NCBI GenBank assembly: GCA_964252035.1
Contig: OZ176204.1
Reading direction: 5' to 3' (one strand)
From: Podarcis erhardii
Lineage: Eukaryota
Length of the DNA stretch: 64,000 bases
Part shown: positions 10,858 through 23,311 of the stretch, piece by piece
Layout of the letters: every line of letters begins with the position of its first letter
How positions within the stretch are numbered: the first letter of the stretch is position 1
Notes under the pieces: generated by a model
Told to the model about the DNA's origin: nothing
The model's database searches: none
What the model saw: the letters and a program-made list of their open reading frames with translations, nothing else
Position numbers and translations under genes: made by a program

Positions 10858-11771
10858 TCTCTCCCAGCCCTATTTAGAGATGCATACCAAGTAATGAGCC
10901 TAAGACCTTTTGCTCTACCACTGAACCATGCCGCTTTTCATATGAGTTTCAGCTGGTTTATGGTTATTGATTACATATATTTATTTAAGGGGTAAAAACC
11001 ATATTTCTGAAGTAGGAAGCATACGTGTTTCTAGGTAATGTGCACCACATTGTCATAGCAAGCATAATCTGAGAAGGTCCCTAATATGTGAAAGAAAAGG
11101 GGAAATGCTCTTTTAAGATAGTACTTGCCTTAAAAATATTTTTTTAAAAAAGAAAAACCTACTGGCTGGTTAAATTAGGGACTATTTGGCTGATTAAAAG
11201 GGTTTAATCAAATAATCATTAACAAATTAAACATTAATTAATTGCAACCCTGATTAAAACAAATTGAGTGTACCATGAAATCCTAAGGAACAGATGCAGC
11301 GTCCCTTTGGGAAAGAGGCTAAAAGACTTGCCAGCGAAGAGGAAAAGCTATGGGGGTCTTCCAGATGTTGTTGGACAACTGTTCCCATCGTCACTGACCA
11401 TTGGCTATGTTGGCTGGGGCTGATGGGAGTTGAAGTTCCACATCTAGCAGGAACCGCATCAACTACCCCTGATTTAGAAGGAAGTCCTTTCAAAACACTA
11501 GGACAGTTCACAGTTAGGGCAATAAAGATAAACCTCCTTGTAACTGAGATAATTCCCACAAAGCAGAATCTGATTAAATAACAGCTTCTGGCAGAGGATA
11601 ATTGTTCTTCTCATATTTGCAAAGGACGTTGCCATGACTGACAGAGGCAAGATAGTGTACTGATTTAGATTTGGGTTTTTCAGGCTGAAGTGGGACACAC
11701 ACTGGCCCCTGGTCCCTCACTGATTCTCAGCAAGGGTGTTCTCAGCTCCTGTGGTTTTGCTCTTGCAAGCA

Positions 11772-12185
11772 GGGATGAGCCAATCTGTCAATTTTTGTTT
11801 CTCTCACTTTCCAAATTTTATTAGTTCTCCACACTTCCACATCAGTTTGCAATTCAAATAAAAGTCCTTGTGAAATTTCGTCTCCATTTTAGTGAATTCA
11901 ATCTAATGCACATGTATTTGTTTCCAGTTTTGCCAAATTCACACCTTTTTTTGCAAAGCTGTTTGCCCCAACATAATTCATTTTTATGGCATTTTTTCCA
12001 CTGATTTGTGCATTTTTATGTACATGCATTTTTGTATGTGTTACTTGACTTGATAACTGCATTGCAAAATTCAAAGAATTGCGAAATTTGAAGATTGCTT
12101 TTGTTTTAGTTCACACCTTGTTTCGGGCAGCACAAATTAGGTAAGTTTACCTAAAAAATGTTAACTGGATCAAACTTCTCCCTGA
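11772..12185. mobile_element. Degraded AT-rich non-autonomous DNA-transposon-like repeat
   Basis: Repeated 'gcattttt' motifs shared with a fragment at about 6160-6290; family not identified. Confidence 0.4.
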
Positions 12186-14027
12186 TTTCCACTTGCAAGT
12201 CCCTCCCAATATGGATGCAAGCCAAATCTTCAGGTGACCCACGGAGACCTAGCAGGGAATGAATGTATGATGCTGCCTTATACTGAATCAGAACATTTCT
12301 CTGTGTAGCCCAGTGCTGTTTATTCTAGCAGTAGATCTCCTGGGGCAGATCTATCCTCCGACTCTGGGACCCTTTTAATTGGAGATGCCAAGGAGCAAGC
12401 CTGGGATCTTCTGCCAGAAAAGAAATGCTCTACCCCTGATCTGTGATTTATCCCCTAATTTCCTTCCGCCTGCTGCTGCAGTAAAAATGCTGTCTTTTCC
12501 AGGATGCCTACTGTTTTACCCAACAATATAGCAAGCCTGGTTATGGAATGCAAATATTTACAAAGTCATCCAAGTACCTTGTTGCGTACTGGATACAGCT
12601 ACTGACTGCATTATCTTTGGGGGTAGGAAGAATAGCTGTTTTTATGGACGACAGCAACAAAGTTGGGCTAGCGATTACTATGAAATAATCATGAGCAGGA
12701 CTGGATTTTTTTCCCCTTTAATCTTTTTTTTTTTTTTTCCCTCCCCTAGCACAGTTCTCTCCCAACAGCTGTGTAGCCCTGATTGACTCAGGCTGCGAAA
12801 ATAGAGCTAACACAGCGCAGAAATTCGAGAGAGACCATTAATCATGTTTAACTGTGCTGTCTCGTTCTTGCCTTGCCAAAGACACGATTTAAATGTTTCA
12901 CAGGGATGACGGGGTGGGAGATAAATGGTCAGATGAAGTTCAAATATCACTTCTGGCCCTGGCAGATGACTTTTCAAAAAATCAGCTAATACGTTCAGTG
13001 CAGGAATAAGTTTAAAACAAAACAATCCAGATTCTGTAGCAGCCAGCAAGATGGGGCAGTGCTGTTACCTGGCTTCCGAATGCTGAGGTCACTGCTGGTA
13101 CCTGAGAGGGGTGAGACACTAGGGAGGCAGGCATGGTGTGGACACAGAGGTGAAGCTAATTCCCTGCTCCTGCCATAGCACCAACCTGCCCATCAACTCA
13201 CCCCCCCCCCCATGTCTTTCTGTCAGTTACCAGAAGTGTCCTCCACATTGGGAAACCAGGTAAGCAATGTGGCCCGATCCCACTTCTTGGGCTGCTGCCT
13301 AGACAATGTAAGCCATGAAGTGCTCCTCACAATTTTTCAAACCAGCAAAGGAACAAGCTTCTCGTCATCTGCAACCGGGGAGAAAGCAAAGGCAGTACGT
13401 GATGACAATGGACATTCCCCAGAAGTCAGTAGCCCAAAGTGGCTGCACAGAATAGGTTTCAATTCACCTCAGCACCATCACCTGTGTGCTCCTAATTTCA
13501 TTTATTTTGTTGCTCTGCCTGCTTTTTGCTTCTGGCTCTACCTACCTCTTGGAAAAGTTGCCTAGAAAAGCTTGGAAAAGCTTGGCCCTTGGAAAAGCTG
13601 CCTAGAAAGGGAATGTGGCCCTGGAGCTGAAAAGGTGTCCTGTCACAGTGAGGAATGTCCAGAGGGCAGAATTAAGTGTATTGTCAAAAGTAGACTTACA
13701 AGTTAGGAAAAGGCAGGTCTGTCAGTCGTAGGTCCCTCAGCTACTCCTAGCCATGCACTCACTGAGCCTGTTGCAACAACAGAGAGGCCTCGGGTTATGT
13801 ATCTTCCCCACCTGAGCTACACACAAGCAGGTGAAGACTACGTCAGCGTGCAACCTGCTTCTGCTCCTCCCACTTCAATCCTCTTCTGGTCCTGGTCTCC
13901 TGCCTCTGACTCTCGTCTCCTGGATGTTACAGGTTCCCCCAAGTCACTGACCCAAGTCAGTCTGCAACACCCCATTCTCCCGATGTCCTCTCCTCTGTAC
14001 ACAGTGACCACTCTTCAGTGGCTAGCC

Positions 14028-14316
14028 CAGGGGTCAGCAAACTTTTTCAGCACTGTCCCTCAGACCTTGTGGGGGGCCAGACTATTTTTTTTGGGGGGGG
14101 GGAATGAACAAATTCCTATGCCCCACAAATAACCTAGAGATGCATTTTAAATAAAATAACACATTCTACTCATGTAAAACCCCCACAAATAACCTAGAGA
14201 TGCATTTTAAATAAAAGCACACATTCTACTCATGTAAAAACACGCTGATTCCCAGACTGTCCGCGGGCCGGATTGAGAAGGCGATTGGCCCCCGGGCCTT
14301 AGTTTGCCTACCCATG
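14028..14316. mobile_element. Non-autonomous hAT element
   Basis: Same family as 56839-57167; degenerate 8-bp TSD GGCTAGCC / GTCTTGCC. Confidence 0.85.
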
Positions 14317-14568
14317 GTCTTGCCTGTCCCTGACAGGTCCCTGCAATAGATTGCAGATGGGGCATAAGCAAGTTTTGTTTGTAGCCAAATGCCACATAAT
14401 TTCTTTTCTTCTTATCACAGCGGTGTTAAAAAAAAAAAACCTATGTGGAAAAATGTCTGAATGATAAGGTCTTAACCACTGCATGAGATAAGCCTCTGAA
14501 CTAAGGTTGCTCACCAGCATCAACCAATACCAGCCCTAACCCAGCCATGGGCTTTTCTGTCTTCCCAG

Positions 14569-14657
14569 CATGGTGTCTACGTAACGAGGGTGTGAGCTCT
14601 GTCCTCTTAGGATCTTCCAATCCGGAGCAGCTAATAGAAAATCTTGGTGCCATACAG
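14569..14657 (+). CDS. KCNAB1: KCNAB1 penultimate coding exon ([30 protein letters not shown])
   Basis: cccag acceptor; 89 nt; followed by a non-canonical GCAAGT donor. Confidence 0.96.
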
Positions 14658-14865
14658 GCAAGTACAAAATCTTAATTTGTGATGAGCCGAAGCAAATGGA
14701 TGATCAAAATAGGCAAATTTATTCAAATGTATGTAAGTTCTGAACACAGAGCATAACCTATCTTTACCTGCATTCCTTTGGAGCAAAATGTCGTTTTTGT
14801 TTTAATTGGTGAACTGAAAGCACGTAATGATCCTGAACGTATGCCGCCCACTTTTATGCTTACAG

Positions 14866-14955
14866 GTTCTTCCGAAGATGACGTCCCACATTGTGAATGA
14901 GATCGATAACATCTTGGGGAACAAACCTTACAGCAAGAAGGACTACAGATCCTAA
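14866..14955 (+). CDS. KCNAB1: KCNAB1 last coding exon ([29 protein letters not shown])
   Basis: tacag acceptor; conserved Kv beta C-terminus [11 protein letters not shown]; TAA at 14953-14955. Confidence 0.98.
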   Translation, partial: VLPKMTSHIVNEIDNILGNKPYSKKDYRS

Positions 14956-16357
14956 TGCATTGCATGATTAAACTGGACTGCATGGCTAAAATAGTGCTCT
15001 GTACTTAGTACAGTACCAAGTCAATAATATCCTGATTAGAATTATTCGGCAGTCTCTGTTGTTTACTAGATTCTCCAAGGCGGCGTGCTGCGCTGGGATC
15101 CAAAAGCACAGCCGATCTCTCTTTACAACTGAGATTGCCTTTGCTTTATTGCTTCTTCTTTTTTACTACAGTCAGATTCTCCTGCACAAGCCCTGTTGAA
15201 ACGAATGAGATCATGCAGGACATTGTGCGCTAGCATTCATTTCCGCAGAGTTTGTGCACAACTTTTCCCCGGGTCGTGCCCGCTCCCTGTTGACCCTGAT
15301 TATCCTCTCGGCACTTCCCATTTATGCAGTGAAAATACACATTGTAAAGAAACAATAAAAGATTTCTTCTAAGCTTTAGTTACTTGGAAATTAGAAGAAG
15401 GATGTACAGATATATTTTTTCAACGAACACAAAAGCCAGATACAGGTATAGGTCAAAGACGCATATCAGGCAATTTCAAGCATAAAAATTCTTCGAGCTA
15501 TCTTGAAGATGAGTAAGTTTGGGTGTGGTTTTTTCCATTTGCATTTTTTTATGCTGAATCTGAGTTCTAGGGTACTAGCCTAGTTTGGACTTTGTTTAGG
15601 GGAGTACGGGCTGTTCATTTAAAGGCAGAAAATAAAAGAATGGCATCTTTGCCCGCCAGTTATTTTAGGATTTCAGAGGCAGGTTGTATATGGTAGCTCC
15701 AGATTCACTGGGGGGTGGGGAATGGACATGATCCATACAAAGCTAAGCAACCATTGGCTACACTTCTGTGCTCACTTACCAGGGAGTATGTAAGCCCTAT
15801 TGAATACCCTGGGATTTAATTCCAAGGGAAAGTGCACAGGATTGAATGCATATGCTTCACACTCCCCATTTGGGAGGTGGGGAGGCTTCACAGTGCTAAA
15901 GTTAAGCTGGATTGTAGCCATTAGCTTTACTGCATTTAAAAATAAAAAGAGTAAAGGCTGTAATTCTATCACCTGCTTAAAGCAGAGGTGGTTTACCTTT
16001 GGCTCTCCAGATGTTGCTGGAAAACCACACCCATTTATCCTTAACTGCTGGCCATAGTGGTTGATAGGAGCTGGGAGTCCAAAAACATCTGGAGAGGGCC
16101 ACATGTTCCCCCTAGAGGTTTGCACCATCAGAACAGAGGTCCCCCCCCCACCTGAGTCAACGTGCTTAGGATCAGGCTGAAAGAGGCTAGGCTAGGCAAG
16201 TAAAATTCACACAATCATTTTGCTGCTGCAAAAACGGAAATAAAAAATGCCATAATTTAATGCTGTTTTATTAGAACCTGCTTTACTTTTGGCAGCTTGT
16301 AGACGTAGTTACTGCAACTTTGATTACTTAAACTTAACTAATATAATGTATAATAAA
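14956..16357 (+). other. KCNAB1: KCNAB1 3' UTR with candidate poly(A) signals
   Basis: AATAAA at 15354, 15631, 15941, 16239 and 16352; the true end cannot be determined from DNA. Confidence 0.5.
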
Positions 16358-19354
16358 TGTACAAAATGTGCAGAGTTGTACAATTTTCTGAAGGTGTATT
16401 GGAAAGGGTTTCATTTCCCCTTTTGTACCTCCATCGAAAAGCCTGATGCAGTTTGTAAGCACTTCATCACAGTTTAATGGATCCCAGGAAATGTTTTTGT
16501 TTGCCCAACCTCCTCTGCCTTTTCTCACTTTCATTTCCAAACTGTATTTAGGATCATCATTACATCACGGGTTTTGGTTTCCAATCCTTGTTTTGGCACA
16601 TGGCAGCTGTGGTTTTCAGTGATCTTATGCTGCTTAATGGTAATTTTGCCAAGCACTGGACTTAACATGCACATGCCAGTTGCACAGGATGGCCTGTGAT
16701 GGGCAAGAGCATCTTGATGCAACAAGAGCATCTTTTTTTAAGTACCAGTGGTGGGATGCCAAAAACATCAAGCTTTGCCAAGTGCAAATGGAAGCTGGCT
16801 GGTTTGGGCAAGCTCCTTTAGCAGTGTAGCTAGAAGTCAGCATTACTGAAAATTGCGAGTGTTGTGTGTAAATCAGCCCATAAGAATCAGCAATCAAAGA
16901 GCTAGAAAGTGTCTGGAACAGCTTTCCCCAACCTGGTGCCCTCCAATGTTTTGGAGTACAAGATCCATCTGCCCTAGGCAGCACAGCCAGGTAGAAGGCT
17001 GATGCCACACCGTTCTGCTCTTGAAAGCAATCATTTGATGGGTAGGTGTTGTTGTTGGCTGTTGTTGGCATCCATCTGTCTCATTCGATGGGCAGATGAT
17101 TAATACAGATAAGGAGATCTCCTTTCCCTTCTTCCCACTCCTAACCTGCCCCATTTGCATGGTTGTATTCAATTGGCAATGATCCCACAGTGATGAAATG
17201 CAGCTGTTTTGTGCCTCTTGATTTGTATATCTCTATCATATGATATGTGTATTCTAGAAATCCTCCAAACCATTGCATTTGAAAGCACCGTTTAGGAACA
17301 GCACACCCTCCCAGCTACAATCCTGTTATTTCTTACTTTCCATGAATACTTTGATTTTGTGGGCTGGAAAGACCTTATCATGGACTCTTCTTTTTCTTCA
17401 ATGGGCCTGGCCAACAGAAATGAGGTCTTCTCAGCTGAGATGTTTTATTACGTTTGTGAATAGGTCCACTTTTTCATGTCTAATTGAAGTCTCAAGAGTG
17501 GTTTTGAGATCCACTACTGTAAAACACTGGTGGGGAACCCGAGAGCCTACAGATCTTTGACTCTTGACTTGCATCAACCCCGGCCAGCATGGGCAGCGGA
17601 TGGAGCTATTGTCCAACAACATCTGGAGTGGCTCCCCACCTCTGTAATAAAAAAAAGTGCATACAATTGGGAGATGGGAGGTGCCAAGGCCTTTGAGCAG
17701 GGAACACCGTATTTATATGGAAAGTACAAATATCCTTTTAGTTTACTACATCTCACTTCCACAGCATGCACTCTAAAGGACAGACACAAACTGCAATCTG
17801 CGTACTCAGTGGGGCCTAATCCATTAGGATTGCAGCTCAAGACCCAGATCCAGAAACATACTAAATACCCACTGCTACACAATGGCTTCCTTTTTGTTGC
17901 TGTACCTTATCAGCAGTAATTTCATATTACCTAATTCTGGCCCCAGATGACTACCCTTACCCCAAAACGGTAAACAAGCATTTCATCTTTTTTGCATACG
18001 ATAGCCTGTATCTGGGGCAACTGATGTGAAACCTGTTTTCACGGATAATTGCTCTTGTTGCTAAAGGCAAATGGCCATAAAGCCAAGTTCTGTATCCACA
18101 AATCTTCCAGTTCACCTGGTGGGCAGGGGTATCATGCACATGTATTCAACTCCATTCATCTGGTCTGGGTGGCAAAGCTTCAATGCACATAGTCTTTCTC
18201 TGCCTGGCACAACAACTTCAGCTCATTTCGGCGGCAGGAACAGGTCTCTGTTTTCATTCTTCTCCAAAGATTTGCTCCGGCCGCTGCAATGAACTTACAG
18301 GGAAGTCTGGGTTAGAACATGGAAAATGTACCGTCTCACAGAAAGCAGCAAAGGTGCATTTGCTCATATAGGTCGCACCATGTGTGAAGCTTAAGCTTCT
18401 GAATCGCAGCTGCTGCCACCTCCCTCCCCTCCATCAAGCAAGGCCTTTGCATTTGAACTGTTCATCAGACAGTCCTAGCAACGGAGGTTACAGAAGGCAC
18501 CGAGTTCTAAAGAACAAATATACTTTTTCCTCTTTTAATGTGTTTAATCAAAGCAATGGTCTGTGTAAATGAATTCAGCTGCTGTATACTAGGAACTGCT
18601 TTCTATTTCTGCTTGGACATAATAAAGGCATTTTATGCACCTAGCTTAATTACTTTGGATCCATTAATTTGGAGTGGTGGAGCGGGGGCGGGGAGGGTAG
18701 TGGTGGAGAGCCTACATTATTAGGATTAAAATAGGACTGTATCTTTCTGATTCATTACTTTGAAAATCAATACATATTACTTTTCTTTCCCAGTAGGGAT
18801 AAAACCACATTACACAGAGTGCTTGATAGGAAAGAAAATGTTCATTCATCGAGAGCATTAGCTAAAGACAGATTTAAAGGGCAGTGTCTCTCATAAGATA
18901 CCAGTGACTATTAACATACGTTGATTTGAAGTATGGAATGCAGTGGGGTCGGGGGGGAGGGGGAGGTCAGGATATTTTTGATTGCCTTAGAGACACACTC
19001 TCTTCTTCGGAAGATTTATTCGAAGTTTTTCTTCATCTGAGACAGCCTACATGGCTTCCAAGAAATCCTCAGGGTGTCTCTGCCCCCCCCCATTGTCTTC
19101 ACATTTTAAGCAATTAACAAGGGTTATTCCATCACCACATCACCAAAAAAGTCAGCTACTTGCTGCTGATTGACAGCAGGAAGGATAAGAGAACAATTAA
19201 ACTTAATTCATGGAATCGACTGCTACAGCCCCAAAGTTTTTTGCCCAATGAAATCCTGACAGTTCAGTAATGCCCCGTGACATCATCATACCTGCCATAT
19301 AACAATTAATTTAGCTTATTTTCAATAGTTTTGAGGATACAGCATGGCTTAAAG

Positions 19355-19480
19355 CAGTGGTGGCCAAACATGGCCCTCCAGCTGTTTTGGGACTACAACT
19401 CCCATCATCCCTAGCTAACAGGACCAGAGGTCAGGGATGATGGGAATTGTAGTCCCCAAACAGCTGGTCACCACTGGCCG
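19355..19480. mobile_element. Short palindromic MITE (gggactacaactcccatcatccct ... agggatgatgggaattgtagtccc family)
   Basis: Internal inverted repeat; decayed relatives near 11.4, 16.0, 17.6, 30.9 and 56.1 kb. Confidence 0.7.
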
Positions 19481-20388
19481 AAAGGAAGCAGAGTTTACAA
19501 AAAAGGGGGGGTGGGGTGCTGCCCAGCAGAATGAAAGATAACTTTTGCACAGAAGTGGTGAACCTGCAGCCCACCTTTCCATAAAGAAATGTTAACTCAT
19601 GCTAGAAAAACTGTTTTGGGCATCTGGTTGACAGGCCTCATTTGCAGACTTAAATTATTAGATGACTGTTGCATGCAGTTTCATTTCAAATCCTAGGGTT
19701 CCTACTAGTGGAGAAAGCCTCGTGCATCCCACATGCAAAATTCCTTTAGACAGTGATTTATACCAAATTAATATCAGTGATCACTCCTCTTAACTGAATC
19801 ATCTTCTGTCAAGCTTCTGTCCTCTTTGCTACACCTTCAATCATTGCTTCCGTTTGCTTGTTATAATATGAAGGGTAGTGGTTTTGGAGGGGAGAGTAGA
19901 CTGTTAAACTACTGCCTGTAGCAGATCCAGAATTGTGGCATATATCAGATAGCATTTAGAGGTGCATACATAAAGGGAAACATGGGACTAAACTTGAATA
20001 TTCAAATTCATCTCATTTCAGTTTAGCACAGGGTGAGTTCAGTTTTAATTAAAGTAGGATGTATTTTTATGGCATGCTATTTCACTATTGGCAACTGCTG
20101 TGAATTAACAAGTCTGAACCGAATAAGATGATGGAAACTCACATTTTCAGTTTTCACCCTATGATGAGGGTGAGAATCTTTTCTGCAATGGAAGCAAGAA
20201 GGAAGACATTCCTTACGCACAAGATAAAAGGACTGGAAAAGCCGGGCAAAGGCTGCATTCTATGCATTTTCCTAAGAGTAAGTTCAACTAAACACAGCAA
20301 AAATATCTTTAAAGACTGAAATGCAGAGAACAGAAAACAGGACAATATCACAATGGAAGAAGCTTCAGGCTGCATTTTCTTTTAAGCT

Positions 20389-20394
20389 TTTATT
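20389..20394 (-). terminator. SSR3: Candidate proximal poly(A) signal of SSR3
   Basis: AATAAA on the minus strand about 310 nt after the stop, with U/GU-rich sequence downstream. Confidence 0.55.
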
Positions 20395-20702
20395 CAAACA
20401 TGATTACAAAAGGTTACGAGATGAAGTCATTGCTCGAAGTCAACAAAGCCCATCTCACTGGCAGAAAAAAGAGCAACTTATTTGTAACATATTTGTGTTT
20501 TGAAAAACAATTTCATGAGCTAAAATGACAGTACCTGGTGCACTCATTTTTGTTATTTTATGAAGGAACCATAATCTGTGTTTCCGTTCTGTTTTCTTGT
20601 AAAAAATGGTTTCTCATGTTTTCAAGCTATAAAAAAGCAACACCTCTCTATCCAGGCTGCTGAGTGTGACTGGATAGGACTGACCCATCCAAACAATTCT
20701 GT

Positions 20703-20769
20703 CTACTTGGAACCTGTAGACAGCAAAGCAATCAATCCAGACGAAGCGCTGATGGACAGGATGTAGTTT
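20703..20769 (-). CDS. SSR3: SSR3 exon 5 (NYILSISASSGLIALLSTGSK*)
   Basis: ttatcag acceptor; 67 nt; TAG stop; matches the TRAP-gamma C-terminus. Confidence 0.97.
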
Positions 20770-20954
20770 CTGATAAAGCAGCATGTTAAGGATGGAAGCC
20801 CAAACACTCAGGATGGTAAGTATATCTCCCAATGCTCACTACCATCACAACTGCTACAAAAACAGGGTGTCGCATAAATAGGGATCTATTATCCCAAGTC
20901 CAAGAATCAAACCCAGTACTGTGCATCCCATCCCAGAAGCAAGAGGCCTGTGAG

Positions 20955-21076
20955 ATAGTTCAGTTGGTAGGGTGTGAGACTCTTTAAGCTCAGGGTCGTG
21001 GGCAAAGAAGATCACTGCATCACAGGGCGCTAGACTAGATGACCTCCCCAGGGTGCCTTCCAAGTGCAGTTATGAT
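20955..21076 (+). mobile_element. Degraded tRNA-Lys SINE with CR1 tail, split by a Rex1 insertion
   Basis: gagactctttaagctcagggtcgtggg and actagatgacc..ccttccaa; the tail resumes at 21670. Confidence 0.65.
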
Positions 21077-21669
21077 ACGATACAATAATCTTTCTTGTCA
21101 CTGTCCCATACAGAACAACGAAACTGGGGGGGGGGGGGAATCTACATCAGACATTCAAAAACCAACAAGCCTTCTATCCCAGCCTGGTTAGCCCCCTAAA
21201 AACTCTGATACAAAACTCTTAAATACAATATACTCCCATAGAGACTACCTTACACTGCATTTAAAACCAAAATCGCATTTGAATAGAAATTGTTTCTCAG
21301 GCGGCTAGTCCTAGTCTTTATAACCCTGTACCTTCTTCCAGAAGGCAGAAGCTGAAAGAGATCATTTCTGGGGTGCGCACGGTCCTGCACAATCTCTGAA
21401 GCTTTCTTATGACACCTGGAAGCATAGATTTGATCCAAGGTGGGAAGAGTGCACCCAATTATTCTCTCTGCAGTCCTTACAACCCTGGACAGCGTTGTTT
21501 TTTCCCTGACCGTGCAGCTCCCAAACCACACACACAGACCATAAGTTAGTACACTCTCAACAGTACAATGGTAAAAGGCCATCAATGGGTCCTTTGAGAG
21601 ATTGTTTTTCCGGAGAATTCTCAGAAAATATAACCTCTGCTGTGCTCTCTTCATAAGGTCTTTGCTGTT
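21077..21669 (-). mobile_element. Rex1/Babar LINE, 5'-truncated 3' end
   Basis: Open 134-aa frame KRAQQRLYFLR..YHCTVESVLTY..VVRTAERIIG..LLPSGRRYR..; 3' end tttcgttg..gtgacaagaaag; TSD TTATGAT. Confidence 0.85.
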
Positions 21670-21699
21670 TTATGATTCTGTGTAAATAGAGGATCTTGT

Positions 21700-22065
21700 G
21701 GTCAAAGGACTGGCTTGCAATCACAACTGGAGAGGGAAGAAAGACCCTTGACATCCACCCATCTGCTCCTCAAAAGCAACCCTCCAGTAGAATAAGCGGT
21801 TGCCCCGGTACCTATAGCCCAGTCCTATGGAACAGCTGAGGAATGTGCCACTGTGGCTGAAAAGCAATCCTACCTGGCGCCAGAAAACCTACCAATTGAC
21901 TCCCATATAAAGTTAAGCTGGTTGGAGAAAGCCCTGCAGGAAGCCACATCTGGAGTAACCTACCCTGAGCATAAGGCCTACACACAGCTCACCTGTATTG
22001 TGCAGGACCTTGGCACAAACAGCAGTACTTGTGCCCATGGGGAAACACTGACCCCTTGAAACAGC
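21700..22065. mobile_element. Possible LTR remnant
   Basis: Resembles squamate Gypsy-type LTR ends from recall only; no TSD found. Confidence 0.3.
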
Positions 22066-22194
22066 TCTAGAACAGTGTTAGAAATTACCCAGTTGCAACC
22101 ATGTGGAGATCTCTGGACGCCAAGCTGGCAACTGAAATCTCCATCTGGCTGGCCTCTCTAGGTATCTTAAGCAGGTAAGCAGAAGAGCTTATCT

Positions 22195-22395
22195 ATTGCA
22201 TTTATATCCCACCTTTTTTTCCAAAGAGTACATGGTTCACCCGCTCCTCAGTTAATCCCTACAACGACCCTGCGAAGTAGGCTAAGAGGCTGCGAGTGGC
22301 CCAAGGTCACCCAGTGAACTTCATGACCGAGTAAGGATTTGAACACTGATCTCCCAGGTCCCAGTCTAACACTCTAACCACCAAACCACACTGGC
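22195..22395 (-). mobile_element. Old MIR-type CORE SINE
   Basis: Reverse-complement CORE (ggcccaaggtcacccag) and tRNA-like head. Confidence 0.65.
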
Positions 22396-23311
22396 TTCCT
22401 AGAGTACTTATGTTACAGGACAGCTCTATAAATTAAGTAGGTAAATAAATATGGGGAAAGTAAATGTAACTTAGAGAAGGATCCGAAATATTTTCCTTGA
22501 AGCTTAAATCTGTTTTGTTTTGTATTGTTTTATTTGATTTTTTAAGGCGTTACAAACCACTCTGAGATTTTCTCTTAAAAATATAATAAATATATAAAAA
22601 TAAAAAAATAAATAAAATGAATATAGAAATAAAATGATAATAATAAATTTCCTTGACGAAATAATTCTGCCTAGACATTCTGCTGTGGCAACTGTAACCA
22701 GGGTTTAAGGTTCCATTTGGCAATTAGTTTATATATCTGAGTTTAGAATGTCACAAAACTTCCCCACATCAACAGAGGCTCCTTTCTGTTTGTGGGTTAC
22801 TGGTGGCTGTGCAAAAGGGAAGAAATATTTCCAGAAAATGACATATGGCAGTTGCCATTAAAAGCATTTTTTTTAATTTTTAGAACGCCTACTTTTCCAG
22901 AGGGTGGGAGAATCCCAAGGAGGACTGGAAACTTTTACAGAGATTAAGAACCTGAATGTCCCAAGTACCTCCACTTCAGTAACATTCAGTTAGCTGGTCA
23001 CTGTAATAAATTTTTTAATAATTTTATATATACCCCACACATCCCTGTAATTTAGTCACTAATAAAATAGTGTCACAATACTGTCCATATGTTCTATTAC
23101 TGGTAGGACTATTTGCTTTGTCCTGATAATGCCCTTTCACTATTTGCTCTACAGTTGTGGTGCAAAGGTGTCTGTTCTTGCTACAACTGTATCCATAATG
23201 TGTCTGGTTTCTTTGAATTACAGGCCCTGAAACTATATCCCTTGAGAGTACACCTGACTTATGCAACCCATCTATCTCGAAGTACTTGAAATTTTTGGAA
23301 GGAAAGGATAC

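Noticed and set aside
10535-10894. 119-aa ORF
   Set aside because: Artefact of reading through the N gap
14115-14240. About 57-bp tandem duplication
   Set aside because: Built-in feature of the hAT family, also present in the copy at 56839-57167
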